Of a stretch of DNA of 64,000 nt, positions 9,539-19,180 are shown in pieces. The notes under the pieces were generated by a model. It had not been told where the DNA came from. It ran no database searches and saw only the letters and a list, made by a program, of their open reading frames with translations. The stretch is taken from positions 7,444-71,443 of IMG/VR virus record IMGVR_UViG_3300009545_000020, one strand, 5' to 3'. The translations under genes and the position numbers were made by a program. Each line of letters starts with the position of its first letter. Within the stretch, counting starts at the first letter, position 1. The stretch comes from a virus.

Positions 9539-10797
9539 AGCACTGTTTCCTTTCGAACGATTTCCGCTTCCATGAAGCTACCTGCGGCAGCAACATCCGG
9601 CCCAGTACCGAAGAGCGTCGATGTCACGCGCTTCATGCCGTCAGCATCTCGGTACAACGTCGCGCCGGCCTTCGCCGTCGGGACTCCGATGGTCTTGTCT
9701 TGCGGGTATTCGACCGACCCGTCTTCATGCGCCACGACATAGCCGTTCGGACTCATCCACCAGACATCGGTCGTATCCGGCGAGCGCGCGCTGCTGCGCG
9801 CGTATCCCGCGTATGGGGACTTCACCGAGAGCTGGGAATCATCGATCGGGTCGGGCAACCAGTAGGTCTTGTCGGCGACGATGAACACGCCACCACCACA
9901 GGGTTCGAGAACCGAGATCACCTCGGGGAACGGGATGTATCCCTTCGCCGGGTTGTAGAGGCCGAACGCATAGGGCTCCGAATAGAAGAGCACCGTGCCG
10001 CTCGCGACCAGCAAACGCCCATTGAACGCCCTCACGATGTTGCCCGGCGGCATCTGCTGCATCAGCACGGTCTGGCACCGGCCGCCGAGCGTCGGGATCA
10101 CCGTGATGCTGGTCGTCGCGCCTGCGCTGTAGTTCTGCGCCGTGCCGGTGCTGAGCAGGAGGTCGCTGTTGACCGGGCTCATGTAGATCCGCGCGTAGCC
10201 CGCAGGGATGTTCGAGATCGTGATCTTCCCGTTCGCCGGTACCTCGACTTGCACAGGCACCGTCGAGCCCGACTCCTCGCCCGTGGCCTGGTTGACCGCG
10301 GTGAGGCAGACCAGGTAGACGCCGGCCGGCAGCGAGCCCCCTGAGAGCCCCGAGACGCCCGGTTCCGGGCTGAGCCGCGGCACCCCTACGCTGAAGTCGG
10401 CCGCGCCCTGCACGCGCCCGATAGCGGCCCCGTTGGAGTAGTAGGTGCTGCCGTCGCCCGGAGAGGCGTAGGAGACCGGGGCGGCCGGGTCGAGACCGCC
10501 GCGCACAGCTGTCGGCACCGCGGCGGCCGAGAGCGCATACAGCGTGCCGTTGTCGACGAAGAACGCAGACCCGTCCTCGTCGCCCCACAGGCTGTGTGCC
10601 TTGGTCGCGTCGATCACCCGTGTGTAGCCCAGTCGGCGCTTGAGCGTGCCGGCTTCGGTGATGTCCGCGTTTACGGCGTGGCGCAGGAACGTCTGCTTGC
10701 CCGACGCGTTGCGCTGTTCGAGCTGCGTCGGCGGCAGGCGGTTGTTCACGCCGGCCGGGAACGGTCCGAGCGGGGCGGGGCGGAATGGCGCGGTCAT
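9535..10797 (-). CDS. Tail tubular / nozzle (head-closure-like) protein (420 aa)
   Basis: N-terminal GVNN...NADI...G.LKRR.G motif and propeller-like repeats resemble podoviral nozzle/stabilisation proteins. Confidence 0.5.
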   Translation of the reverse strand: MTAPFRPAPLGPFPAGVNNRLPPTQLEQRNASGKQTFLRHAVNADITEAGTLKRRLGYTRVIDATKAHSLWGDEDGSAFFVDNGTLYALSAAAVPTAVRGGLDPAAPVSYASPGDGSTYYSNGAAIGRVQGAADFSVGVPRLSPEPGVSGLSGGSLPAGVYLVCLTAVNQATGEESGSTVPVQVEVPANGKITISNIPAGYARIYMSPVNSDLLLSTGTAQNYSAGATTSITVIPTLGGRCQTVLMQQMPPGNIVRAFNGRLLVASGTVLFYSEPYAFGLYNPAKGYIPFPEVISVLEPCGGGVFIVADKTYWLPDPIDDSQLSVKSPYAGYARSSARSPDTTDVWWMSPNGYVVAHEDGSVEYPQDKTIGVPTAKAGATLYRDADGMKRVTSTLFGTGPDVAAAGSFMEAEIVRKETVL

Positions 10798-10973
10798 GTC
10801 GGGATGTAGTTGTCGAACTGCGCGTCGAACTCGGCGGCCGGGAGCGTGAACCAGACGTTCGTGTCAACGGCGCGGATCACCTTCATGGCGGCCGAGCCGT
10901 CCCACGAATAGGCGAGCGCCACCATGGATTCATAGATCTTCCCGGTCGCACGGCAGACGTACATCTCGCTCAT
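10794..10973 (-). CDS. Hypothetical protein (59 aa)
   Basis: ATG at 10973 overlaps the upstream stop (ATGA), and its own stop overlaps the next start. Confidence 0.5.
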   Translation of the reverse strand: MSEMYVCRATGKIYESMVALAYSWDGSAAMKVIRAVDTNVWFTLPAAEFDAQFDNYIPT

Positions 10974-13900
10974 AGCTTCCAGAACTCCATCGGGTGATCG
11001 GCGCTCGGTTGAACGAGCCATGCATCGAACTCAGCCACGTACTTCGGTCGACCGAAGTTCATCTCGCCCGCGGCATAGTTCGTGTAGTTGCTCGTGCCGG
11101 TGAGCGCATGACGCGCCCAGGTCCACGTCCCCGAAACAAGGTCTGCGAACGTCGTGGCACCGGCCGGGCGGCTGAGTTCGAAGTACCCAGTCGGCGGAGT
11201 CGTCGATGTATCGAGGATGATGAAGGTGTCGGTCTTGTTCGCCGAACGGCCTTGACCGTTGCGATGCTCGATACCGAAACCACCCATCGTGACCGGACCG
11301 GTCCCCGTGAAGTTGATGACGCTGAAGCCCGCGGGGATGTTGTTGGCGTCGCAGATGCAGAGGTTCGAGCCCGCATACGCGGAGCCCCATTGCACGCCGG
11401 CCAGGATCGCGTCGAAGACCGGGTCATAGACACCGCCCGCTTCGTTCGAGTGCGGGTACAGGCCCGAGACTTGGTCAACGCTGCCCCAGTTGCCGACCCG
11501 CGCAGCCATCGTGCCGGACTGCCACGTGTTTGCGGAATTCGTGTAGTCGAAGGTGAAGTAGTTGGTACCGTTGTCCGACGGGAAGCGGATGAACAGCTTG
11601 CGCTTCGTGTCCTTGACGAAGCATTGAACGATAGACGACGGCGTGATGGTCCCGGAGTCTCCGAAGCGGCTCCAAGTCTTCGAGACGAGATTGAACGCGT
11701 GCGCCTGCGCAGCGCTGATCGCACCGGAGCCAACAGCAGAGCCATAGGCTTGAACGATGCAAGGACTGCTTGCTTCGTTGCTGTCGAGAGCCAGCAAGTT
11801 GAAGTACATGTGCTGACTGGCGGGACGATTTGCGATGTCTTCGCCGTGCACGGTGTCAGCGGTCGCCACTGGGTCGACGCGCGACGGAGCGAGCATCAGC
11901 TCCCATGCGTTCGTGCTCGCGCGCCAGGCAATGACACCGTCATAGCCCGTGTCGCCGTGACCACCGCCATAGACGACGTACAGGAGATCGCTCAACGCAC
12001 CGTTGGCGTCGTAGATCCGAACGAGTTGCGCACTACCCCACGCACCCAGCACCTTCGGCAAGTTGAATTGAACATCGCCCGCGGTGAAGCCGCTGCCGTT
12101 CGCAGCGGTGTCGTTCGGCACGCTCGATCCGAGCTGGCCGATAGTGCCGGCGGCCGGGAGCGTGAACGGCCAGTCATTCGGGCATGCCGGCATCACTGCC
12201 GAGTTGCCAGCTGCGAAGATGATCTGACCGAAGTCCATGTAATACGAAGCTGCGGGCGGGATCGCCCCCAACTCCATATTCAAGTACCCAGTCAGGGACA
12301 CAGCATTCCAACCCGGCAATGCCGTTGTCCAGGTGTTCTCCGTCGGACCGCTGGAACCGAAGATGATTGCTTCGTTGGTCTTCGAGATGACCTTGGTGTA
12401 GACCGTCTCTTTGAACTTCGCTGCGTACAACTCGACAGTGGTGTCTTGCACACCCGTAGCAGTGGGGTTGCCAGTCGGGTCCCAGTTGTGGCCCGCCTTG
12501 ACGTGCAAGAGGAACGTCACCCACTGACCGCTCGGGTTTTCGTAGGCGGACCCGACCGGAGCATCTGCCGTGCCGTTGATCGCGGTGAGGTCGTACGGAC
12601 CGCCAGGCTGGAGGGAATGGTTCGTGCCTTCGATGAGTCGGCCTGCGAGTCCGCCGTTGACCGAATACGCCGCGATGGCAACGACGGGTTCCGGAGTCGA
12701 CGGGATCTGATAGCGCGTGCCGCCCGGCCCGTACCCCATGGCCAGCTGCTGCGGCACCGTCATCTGCGACTGCAGCATGAAAGTCTTGCGACCCCAGCGA
12801 TTGTCATTGTTGTAGTTGGGGACGTTCAGAGCCAGCATGCGCGGGTCGACGTACTGGCGCCACTGCAGCCAGAATTCATCCCCGTCCCACACGTTCGAGC
12901 GAAGAACGCTGTCGATATTGACCGGGCCGTAGTCACTCGGCCGCCACGTGGGGTGAGCAGCTTGTTCGTCAGCATGTCCGTACCACGCATACCCGAAGGC
13001 TTGGCCACCATGCGGGAAATTGGTTTGGTCGTTGACGCTCCGCAGGATCTTGCCCGGCTTGTTGATGTCGTCGACCACGCGCCCGGTACTGTCCGCCTTC
13101 AACGCGGAGAACAGTCGCGACCAGTTCACTCCGCACTGGTGACCGATATAGACGGTGTTCGCCGCCACCCAGTCCTTTTGTGCTCCGTACAGTGGCTGAC
13201 CACTCTGGGCTTGATAGGTCACGGTCAGAGTGTTGCCCGACTTGGCGGTGACGAGCCACAGGTTGTTCTGTTGATCGGCGAACTCGGCCGTGGTGTGCAC
13301 GTAGTAACTGCCGTATGGCGCGCCCGTCATCGGGTTCGTCGCGGCCGGGTCGGGCCAATAGGTGGCGTCATTTATCGTCACCGGCCGCGGCCCAACGCCA
13401 CCACTGACCAACAAGTCCGAAGTGATCTTCGCCCCGAGCGCGTAGAAGCGCATCGCGGTACCCAGCACCGGCACCGTGACCTTGGAAGGATGAAGGGCCG
13501 TACCCGCTTCGAGCACACCGGCCGAAGACCCCGTCAGGAACGACGTGATCTCTTCCTTGGCGCTGATGTCATGCGACCAGACAACACCGGCCGCGGTAGA
13601 TCGGGCCGTGTAGTCAGCAGAGACAGACGGAGGAGGAGCTGGCGGCGCGGCTACGAGAAACGTGGCGGCGTCGATATAAAACGTCGCGCCATCCCCCCTG
13701 GTAATACGCCACGATTGCGACGTGCCGTTGATCTGTTCTTTGATCGATGCAATCGAGTAGCCGACGATGTATCGCTTGAACCAAGCGAACACGCTGGCGC
13801 ACAGCGCTTCGGACGTTGGCCCGAACCACTTACGCCCCGAGTTGTCGGTATTGAGTCCCGACTTGATCTGGAATGGGCTGAAGGTATTCGCTCCGAGACA

Positions 13901-15751
13901 GAACGCATTCAGCAAGTGACTGGCCAAGAAGAGACCACGCTGGCCGTCGTCCGCCAGCGCGTACATCGGGTTGGTGAAGCCGCACTCGGTTACGTCGAAG
14001 CCGCCCCAAGTACCGCCGAGCGAGATGACTTCCTCCATCGCTTCCGCGATGCAGCCTTTGTTCGAGCTGAAGAGCGCGTCGCCGACGTTCGACGTGTTGG
14101 CCGACATTTCGTTCGGCGAGCAGTCATAGGGGTGAGCCCCCCAGCTGTCGAATGTCTGATATCCCTTGACGCTGGTGTTGACTGCGCCGCTCGCGTTCAG
14201 GAACGTGCGAACGCCTTTCAGTGCATCGCCTGACCCGATCCACCCGGCCGAGACGATGACGAACCGCGAGTCGACCGCTTTCGCGGCGGTCTTGATCGTG
14301 TGGTGAATATCGACCAGCTGCGCCATCGAGCCGGTGAAGAAGTTGCCGCCGGCCGGTTCATTCCAGCACTCGACTCGATCGATCGTTCCGTACCCGTATC
14401 GAGTCAGGAACGTCGTGACGAACGCCGACAGATCGGCGAGGTTCGCCCAGGGCACTCCCGTGAACTCGTCCGTGATACTCGGGTTGGTCGACTTGACCCG
14501 CGGAGTCCCGAAGAACGAGATCGTGATCTTCAGCCCGAGCGCAGCCGCGGCAGCGATGCGCGCGTCGTACCAGGTCCAGGTCGGATTCGCTGGGTCGGAG
14601 ATGATCGACTGCGCCGGGCCGGCCGCGCCGACGTGCGTGCCGTTCGCCAAAGTGCCGACGCCATCTTCCCAGCCGAATGCCCGCAGGCCCCCGATGCTGC
14701 CGGCGTAGGCCGGCGCGGAATACTGCGTGCCGTAGCCGCCAGCCGGGCCAGGCCACCCCGGCTCGACTGGGCGGATGAACGTCGCAGGGAAGACCCTCGG
14801 ACCGTTGTAGAGGCGTTCGGCACCGCGCCAGGCCCCCGGCGGGTTCGTGCCGGCGATCTCCAGCATCCGCCAGCAGCCGAGGCCGCCCTTGCGGCCGGGA
14901 CTGCCGCTTACGCCGCCCGAGCCACCGGAGCCATAGGCCGTGTTGATGATGCTGTCGGTAGCACCAGCGGAGTACGAGTCAGCCTTGCCGTTGTAGCCCT
15001 GGGTCCAGCTGAAGCCGGGGTTGTTGCCGCCCGCCCCTGCATCGGCACCGCCGTTCACGCCCTGGTTGTTGACCCCGGCGTTGCCGTTGATCGAATCAGC
15101 GGCGCCACCGAAGCCACCCGTGCCGGCGGTCGAATTCGAACGGGTCGATTCATAGAAGCCGCCCCCGCCGCCGCTCGCGCCAGGTACGACGTTCCCCGCG
15201 GTGATGTAGCTCGCGATGTCGCCGGGGAAGTTGCCCGTGCCACCACGCGTACCGACCGCGTTGCTGCCAGCTCCGCCGACCATCTCACCGTTGGGCGAGC
15301 TGGCACCGTTGCCACCGTTCACACCCACCGCGCTGAACCCGCGCGCGCCGCCGCGTAGCGACTGCAGAAGTACGGTCGTGTTGTTGGCCAGCACGGCATA
15401 GGCCGTGCTGTTCTGGGCATTTACACCGTCGGTCGACGACGGAGCATTCGCCCGTCCAGGGGTGCCCAACAAGCCGTTGTAGAAGTCGATTGCCTTCGTC
15501 GTCGCCGGCAGGTTGTATAGCTTCCCGAGGCTCGCCGAGCCGACGTACTCGCCGGCCGAGCCGCCGCCACCGCCACCGCCAGCGGTCTTGCCGCCGCCAC
15601 CGGGGCCGCCCGGAGCGATGCCCTGCAGGCGCACCTGGGTCACGCCAGGCGTGATCGGCACCCGCACCGTGGTTCCGGGCAGGATGATCAGGTGGGCCTG
15701 GGTCTGGTAGGCGGTCTCGATCGCCTGCGCCAGTACGCCAGTCGAGATCAC
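10970..15751 (-). CDS. Multi-domain tailspike / depolymerase: Gly-rich N-terminus, clan GH-A glycoside hydrolase, lyase/lectin-like domain, C-terminal propeller (1593 aa)
   Basis: GH-A motifs ECWNEP (acid/base), HPY and VTECG (nucleophile); WLQWRQY...WVTFLLHVK jelly-roll-like segment; YGGGHGD...SQHMY propeller-like segment. Confidence 0.65.
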   Translation of the reverse strand: MISTGVLAQAIETAYQTQAHLIILPGTTVRVPITPGVTQVRLQGIAPGGPGGGGKTAGGGGGGGSAGEYVGSASLGKLYNLPATTKAIDFYNGLLGTPGRANAPSSTDGVNAQNSTAYAVLANNTTVLLQSLRGGARGFSAVGVNGGNGASSPNGEMVGGAGSNAVGTRGGTGNFPGDIASYITAGNVVPGASGGGGGFYESTRSNSTAGTGGFGGAADSINGNAGVNNQGVNGGADAGAGGNNPGFSWTQGYNGKADSYSAGATDSIINTAYGSGGSGGVSGSPGRKGGLGCWRMLEIAGTNPPGAWRGAERLYNGPRVFPATFIRPVEPGWPGPAGGYGTQYSAPAYAGSIGGLRAFGWEDGVGTLANGTHVGAAGPAQSIISDPANPTWTWYDARIAAAAALGLKITISFFGTPRVKSTNPSITDEFTGVPWANLADLSAFVTTFLTRYGYGTIDRVECWNEPAGGNFFTGSMAQLVDIHHTIKTAAKAVDSRFVIVSAGWIGSGDALKGVRTFLNASGAVNTSVKGYQTFDSWGAHPYDCSPNEMSANTSNVGDALFSSNKGCIAEAMEEVISLGGTWGGFDVTECGFTNPMYALADDGQRGLFLASHLLNAFCLGANTFSPFQIKSGLNTDNSGRKWFGPTSEALCASVFAWFKRYIVGYSIASIKEQINGTSQSWRITRGDGATFYIDAATFLVAAPPAPPPSVSADYTARSTAAGVVWSHDISAKEEITSFLTGSSAGVLEAGTALHPSKVTVPVLGTAMRFYALGAKITSDLLVSGGVGPRPVTINDATYWPDPAATNPMTGAPYGSYYVHTTAEFADQQNNLWLVTAKSGNTLTVTYQAQSGQPLYGAQKDWVAANTVYIGHQCGVNWSRLFSALKADSTGRVVDDINKPGKILRSVNDQTNFPHGGQAFGYAWYGHADEQAAHPTWRPSDYGPVNIDSVLRSNVWDGDEFWLQWRQYVDPRMLALNVPNYNNDNRWGRKTFMLQSQMTVPQQLAMGYGPGGTRYQIPSTPEPVVAIAAYSVNGGLAGRLIEGTNHSLQPGGPYDLTAINGTADAPVGSAYENPSGQWVTFLLHVKAGHNWDPTGNPTATGVQDTTVELYAAKFKETVYTKVISKTNEAIIFGSSGPTENTWTTALPGWNAVSLTGYLNMELGAIPPAASYYMDFGQIIFAAGNSAVMPACPNDWPFTLPAAGTIGQLGSSVPNDTAANGSGFTAGDVQFNLPKVLGAWGSAQLVRIYDANGALSDLLYVVYGGGHGDTGYDGVIAWRASTNAWELMLAPSRVDPVATADTVHGEDIANRPASQHMYFNLLALDSNEASSPCIVQAYGSAVGSGAISAAQAHAFNLVSKTWSRFGDSGTITPSSIVQCFVKDTKRKLFIRFPSDNGTNYFTFDYTNSANTWQSGTMAARVGNWGSVDQVSGLYPHSNEAGGVYDPVFDAILAGVQWGSAYAGSNLCICDANNIPAGFSVINFTGTGPVTMGGFGIEHRNGQGRSANKTDTFIILDTSTTPPTGYFELSRPAGATTFADLVSGTWTWARHALTGTSNYTNYAAGEMNFGRPKYVAEFDAWLVQPSADHPMEFWKL

Positions 15752-16356
15752 GGCTTACCCCCCACCATGTCGTAGACGTTGGTTGCCGTCGGGACCAGCG
15801 TGCACCAGGGATTCGCAGCGCCGCTCGTGCGTGCCTCATTGACCGTCACGCCAGAGGCAGCGGCGAAGGTCATGGTCCCCTTGGCCTCGACGCGCCGCAT
15901 GAACCCGAGCGGGACGGTCAGTACCGGGGAACTGGTGCAGATGAGCGGCGCCTGTGCGTCCGCCGTGGTCAGAACTCGATCCGCCGACACCGGGATCGGA
16001 GTCAGGACCGAACCGGCGTCAACATACTGCTTGGTCGCTGGCTGCAGCGCTGCAGTTGGATCGGCCGCGAGCACGAGCGGACCGGTCATCGTGTCGCCGC
16101 CCTTCGCGACCTTGCCGCTGACTGACGAGGTCAGCGCGGACACTGCCGACGACAGCGTACTCAGTGCGTTGGATAGCGCTGTGTTGATCGTGGTGAGATC
16201 AACCGAGGCCGCATCGGTGAGGCCCGCATAGGTCGATGACCCTCCCCCACCGCCACCGCCGGTGAGGTTGATCGTGACTGCGCCGATGCGCATGCCGGTG
16301 ATCGCGCCGCTCGAATCGCGGATGAACTCAGCTTGTCCGACTTCACCGAATGCCAT
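15748..16356 (-). CDS. Short tail fibre / adaptor protein (202 aa)
   Basis: Fibre motif GKVAKGGDTMTGPLVL...ATKQYVD; shares a module with 22989-25157. Confidence 0.6.
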   Translation of the reverse strand: MAFGEVGQAEFIRDSSGAITGMRIGAVTINLTGGGGGGGSSTYAGLTDAASVDLTTINTALSNALSTLSSAVSALTSSVSGKVAKGGDTMTGPLVLAADPTAALQPATKQYVDAGSVLTPIPVSADRVLTTADAQAPLICTSSPVLTVPLGFMRRVEAKGTMTFAAASGVTVNEARTSGAANPWCTLVPTATNVYDMVGGKP

Positions 16357-16385
16357 GATGATCTTCCTTACTTCTTACTTAGACG

Positions 16386-17027
16386 TTAGAGGCCGCCATA
16401 AGCGATGAGGCCGGGCTTGTAGTTGCGGCGCTCCAGTTCGAGCTTCGCTTCGGCACAGCGCGACCTGAACCGCGCTGCAAACGATTCACTCCGCGTGCGG
16501 TTGTATGTGTCCGCGTCGTCCTTCAGGTACGCCAGCTCGAACATCCCATCGATCAAGTACGCCACGTACTCGTCGCGGATCTCGAACGACGACGTGCTGT
16601 CGACGATAGAGGTAAGAGGCAGACGCCCGACTGTGAGATTGATCGTCGTGTTCGCGCTCGGCCGATCGACGGCGCGCAGCATGTTCTCGCTCTCGCCGAT
16701 GACGAAGTAATTCAGGTTCGCCGTACGCGAGAACCCGCGCACTGTCGGGTCCGTATGGTTGTAGATCTTGTAGTCACGAAGCGCCGTGAGATCCTTCGCG
16801 TCGAACACCCGCAAGATCCGCGGATCGAGCGCGGTGTACGTGTCGGTCGGCGTCACGACGATCGAGCAGATCGAAGACACGCTGTCGCGAATGCCGTCGG
16901 TCAGCCGCGCGAACGTGATCTGCGCTTCGTCCATGTACCCATAGATCTCGTCGTCGGCCCACATCGGCGGGTCGGCCTTGTCGCCCGACTGACTGCGGAA
17001 CTTCGCGAGGAGTTGAACCGGAGTCAT
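16386..17027 (-). CDS. Head-tail adaptor protein (213 aa)
   Basis: FR...D...P.MW.DDEI..Y.DEAQ N-terminus and AYLKDDADTYN C-terminus resemble podoviral adaptors. Confidence 0.6.
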   Translation of the reverse strand: MTPVQLLAKFRSQSGDKADPPMWADDEIYGYMDEAQITFARLTDGIRDSVSSICSIVVTPTDTYTALDPRILRVFDAKDLTALRDYKIYNHTDPTVRGFSRTANLNYFVIGESENMLRAVDRPSANTTINLTVGRLPLTSIVDSTSSFEIRDEYVAYLIDGMFELAYLKDDADTYNRTRSESFAARFRSRCAEAKLELERRNYKPGLIAYGGL

Positions 17028-17614
17028 GGCGTTACCAGGTCGAATGAAGCGGGGGGTTGGGAAGCCGGCAACATGAACCCGGCACGAAGACCCCCACCCC
17101 CCGCTGGGGATCGGTCAACGTTCTTCTTGATCGAACGGATGTAGCTCTGCAGACCGATCACTTTGTTGGCGTCGGACTCAGCTCCTGCAGCCACCTGTTG
17201 ATATTGGCCGACGCACTCGCTGAAGCGCCGACTGACTTCGGCGGCGTCATCAATGAGGCGTCCGGGTCCGGGATCACTGGCGCTGGGGGCACTACGGGCA
17301 GCGGCGAGAAGCTGCTGCAGCCGGCGAACGCTTGACTGAGCAGCAGAAGCAGCGGAAGCAGCAGCTTCCGCACGTTGAACGTCCTGAACATGTGCACTCT
17401 CCACGTTGGCCCGGACACTCGCGTCCTCTGCCTTTTGCTTTTCGACGGCAGCATCGAGATCCTTCTGGGCCTGCTCGCGCATCGCGGTCTGGCCGTCCGC
17501 CACGCCGTCGCGGTACTGGTTGTGCCCGTAGCTCCAGACGGCCAGGCCGGCGCACGCCAGCGCGAGCGCGGCGATGATCAGGTCGGTCTTGATACTGGAG
17601 AACGCGGCGAACAT
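17024..17614 (-). CDS. Rz: Inner-membrane spanin (Rz-like)
   Basis: ATG at 17614 just after the endolysin; N-terminal transmembrane segment, then a coiled coil; contains an embedded lipoprotein ORF. Confidence 0.8.
   Translation of the reverse strand: MFAAFSSIKTDLIIAALALACAGLAVWSYGHNQYRDGVADGQTAMREQAQKDLDAAVEKQKAEDASVRANVESAHVQDVQRAEAAASAASAAQSSVRRLQQLLAAARSAPSASDPGPGRLIDDAAEVSRRFSECVGQYQQVAAGAESDANKVIGLQSYIRSIKKNVDRSPAGGGGLRAGFMLPASQPPASFDLVTP
17158..17391 (-). CDS. Rz1: Outer-membrane spanin lipoprotein (Rz1-like), embedded in Rz
   Basis: Signal peptide RKLLLPLLLLLSQ, lipobox AFAG-C and Pro-rich mature region, in an alternative frame inside Rz. Confidence 0.8.
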   Translation of the reverse strand: MFRTFNVRKLLLPLLLLLSQAFAGCSSFSPLPVVPPAPVIPDPDASLMTPPKSVGASASASANINRWLQELSPTPTK

Positions 17615-17615
17615 C

Positions 17616-18017
17616 TCAGCCCACCGTGATCGCGATGTCTTCGCCCGCGGACTTCGCGGCTTGGAGCTGGGCAAACAGGGCATTGAATGCCGCGCGCGAG
17701 TTGCCGATGAAATCGGTCGACCGCGTCTGCCCGACGAGAATGCAGCCGTCGGTGTCTCCCGAGGAGTTCCCCGGATGAATGCGGATGCCGATGAAGTTCG
17801 GCACGTCGATCAGCAGCGGCAGCATCGTCTTGAAGCGCGGGCTGAACGTTATGTCGACTTTGTAGTTGCCAGCGGGAATCGCGGTCTCACCGTAGATCTT
17901 TACCCCGTTGGGGCGGACCACGTCTTCGAGCGTGTAGCACTCGAACTTGCCATTGATCGCGAGTTCTCCGATCGTCGAGTCCGAGCTGAAGTTCTTGCGA
18001 GCCAGAGTGAGCTTCAT
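17616..18017 (-). CDS. Putative endolysin (DUF5675 family)
   Basis: STIGEL...CYTLED...AIPAGNY...IRIHPGN...DTDGCILVG motif; lies between holin-like genes and the spanins. Confidence 0.75.
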   Translation of the reverse strand: MKLTLARKNFSSDSTIGELAINGKFECYTLEDVVRPNGVKIYGETAIPAGNYKVDITFSPRFKTMLPLLIDVPNFIGIRIHPGNSSGDTDGCILVGQTRSTDFIGNSRAAFNALFAQLQAAKSAGEDIAITVG

Positions 18018-18310
18018 AGATTGCCAGCCTTCGAATTCATGTATGCCGGTGGAACAAACTTGACGCCGCGCTGATGAGTGACGCTGAGATGAGAGATAGC
18101 GGTACCGATCGCAGCCATCGAGTCGATGTCGACAGTCTTCGTCACGAGCAGCTTGGCAATCGCAACGATCAATCCGGCCCCGAGGAATCCATGCAGAGCG
18201 ACGTAGTCAATGCGCTGAGTCTTGTAGTGCAGCTTCACCATGCGAAGGAAGTACGCTGCGAAGCAAACGCACCCTAGCGCCGCAGCGCTGTATGCGAAGA
18301 ACTCCATCAT
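18014..18310 (-). CDS. Membrane protein, holin/antiholin candidate (98 aa)
   Basis: Two to three hydrophobic segments; in the lysis cassette. Confidence 0.5.
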   Translation of the reverse strand: MMEFFAYSAAALGCVCFAAYFLRMVKLHYKTQRIDYVALHGFLGAGLIVAIAKLLVTKTVDIDSMAAIGTAISHLSVTHQRGVKFVPPAYMNSKAGNL

Positions 18311-18729
18311 GGCTGTCCTCCATCCGAAGGCGGCCGAGGCGCAATAGGCGGGAGTCCGAAGGCCCTCCGGATACCTTCGACGACGATGTTTGGCAGAACC
18401 TTGATCAGCGTCTTGGTGATCGGGTAGAAGCCAAAGGCGAGGCCGACCGCAGTGAGGTACCGAACAGTCGGCTCTTCGATGTGCGTCAACTTGCTGAGCG
18501 CCGTGGCTGCGAGAGCTGAGATCAAACTCGACAGGACGAACTTCGCGATGGCCTTCGGGATGCTCTTCTCGGGGTCAAGACCCTGACCGAAGAACCCACC
18601 CGCGAATGCGTACAGGAAAGTCGTCATGTCGATGCCGAGCACCGCAGAGACAGTCGTACCGATACACGCAACGGCAGTCGTGCACGCTACGCTGATACCG
18701 ATGCCGACCGTGCTTGCGGGCTCAGCCAT
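18307..18729 (-). CDS. Holin candidate (140 aa)
   Basis: Several transmembrane segments; first gene of the lysis cassette. Confidence 0.6.
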   Translation of the reverse strand: MAEPASTVGIGISVACTTAVACIGTTVSAVLGIDMTTFLYAFAGGFFGQGLDPEKSIPKAIAKFVLSSLISALAATALSKLTHIEEPTVRYLTAVGLAFGFYPITKTLIKVLPNIVVEGIRRAFGLPPIAPRPPSDGGQP

Positions 18730-18732
18730 GGA

Positions 18733-19098
18733 TCACTTCGACTCGCCGAACTTCTTCTGGAAAGCAGCCCAGCTCGAATCGCGTTCCGCGACCGACACGG
18801 AGAAGCCCACCAGGCCCGACACGACGCGCGCATGGGGCTCACCGCCCTTGGCCAGGTCGTTCGGCTCGCCGCGCTTCATGATCTCTTCGTACGCCATGAA
18901 GATCTGCTTCAGGCGCTCGGCCGCGGTCTGTTCCTTCTCGGCTTCGAGCACGAGTTCGGTGTCCTCGGCGACACCATCGGCGGCCATGGCCTCGGGCCAG
19001 AGCTTCGGGGGAACGTGTGTGGGCACGCCCTTCTTGAACTCGACGGAATGGCCGAAAATGGACGGGATCGTGATGTCCCTGGGCATGACGAATTTCAT
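18733..19098 (-). CDS. Hypothetical head-region protein (121 aa)
   Basis: ORF with GGAG RBS downstream of the capsid genes. Confidence 0.55.
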   Translation of the reverse strand: MKFVMPRDITIPSIFGHSVEFKKGVPTHVPPKLWPEAMAADGVAEDTELVLEAEKEQTAAERLKQIFMAYEEIMKRGEPNDLAKGGEPHARVVSGLVGFSVSVAERDSSWAAFQKKFGESK

Positions 19099-19121
19099 GT
19101 GTGAACTCCAGTTGTGAAACA

Positions 19122-19158
19122 GGCCGAGCTACGGGCAAATGCACGCGGCTCGGCCTGC
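19122..19158. terminator. Intergenic hairpin after the capsid/decoration genes
   Basis: CAGGCCGAGC...GCTCGGCCTG inverted repeat followed by TTT on the minus strand; coordinates approximate. Confidence 0.4.
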
Positions 19159-19180
19159 GAAGCGGCGAAGGTGCCGGGGA

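Noticed and set aside
10994-14233. 1079-aa plus-strand ORF, and similar long antisense ORFs (19377-20771, 23142-24647, 26939-28564, 42703-44013, 46282-47604)
   Set aside because: Each mirrors a motif-bearing gene on the opposite strand and has no motifs of its own.
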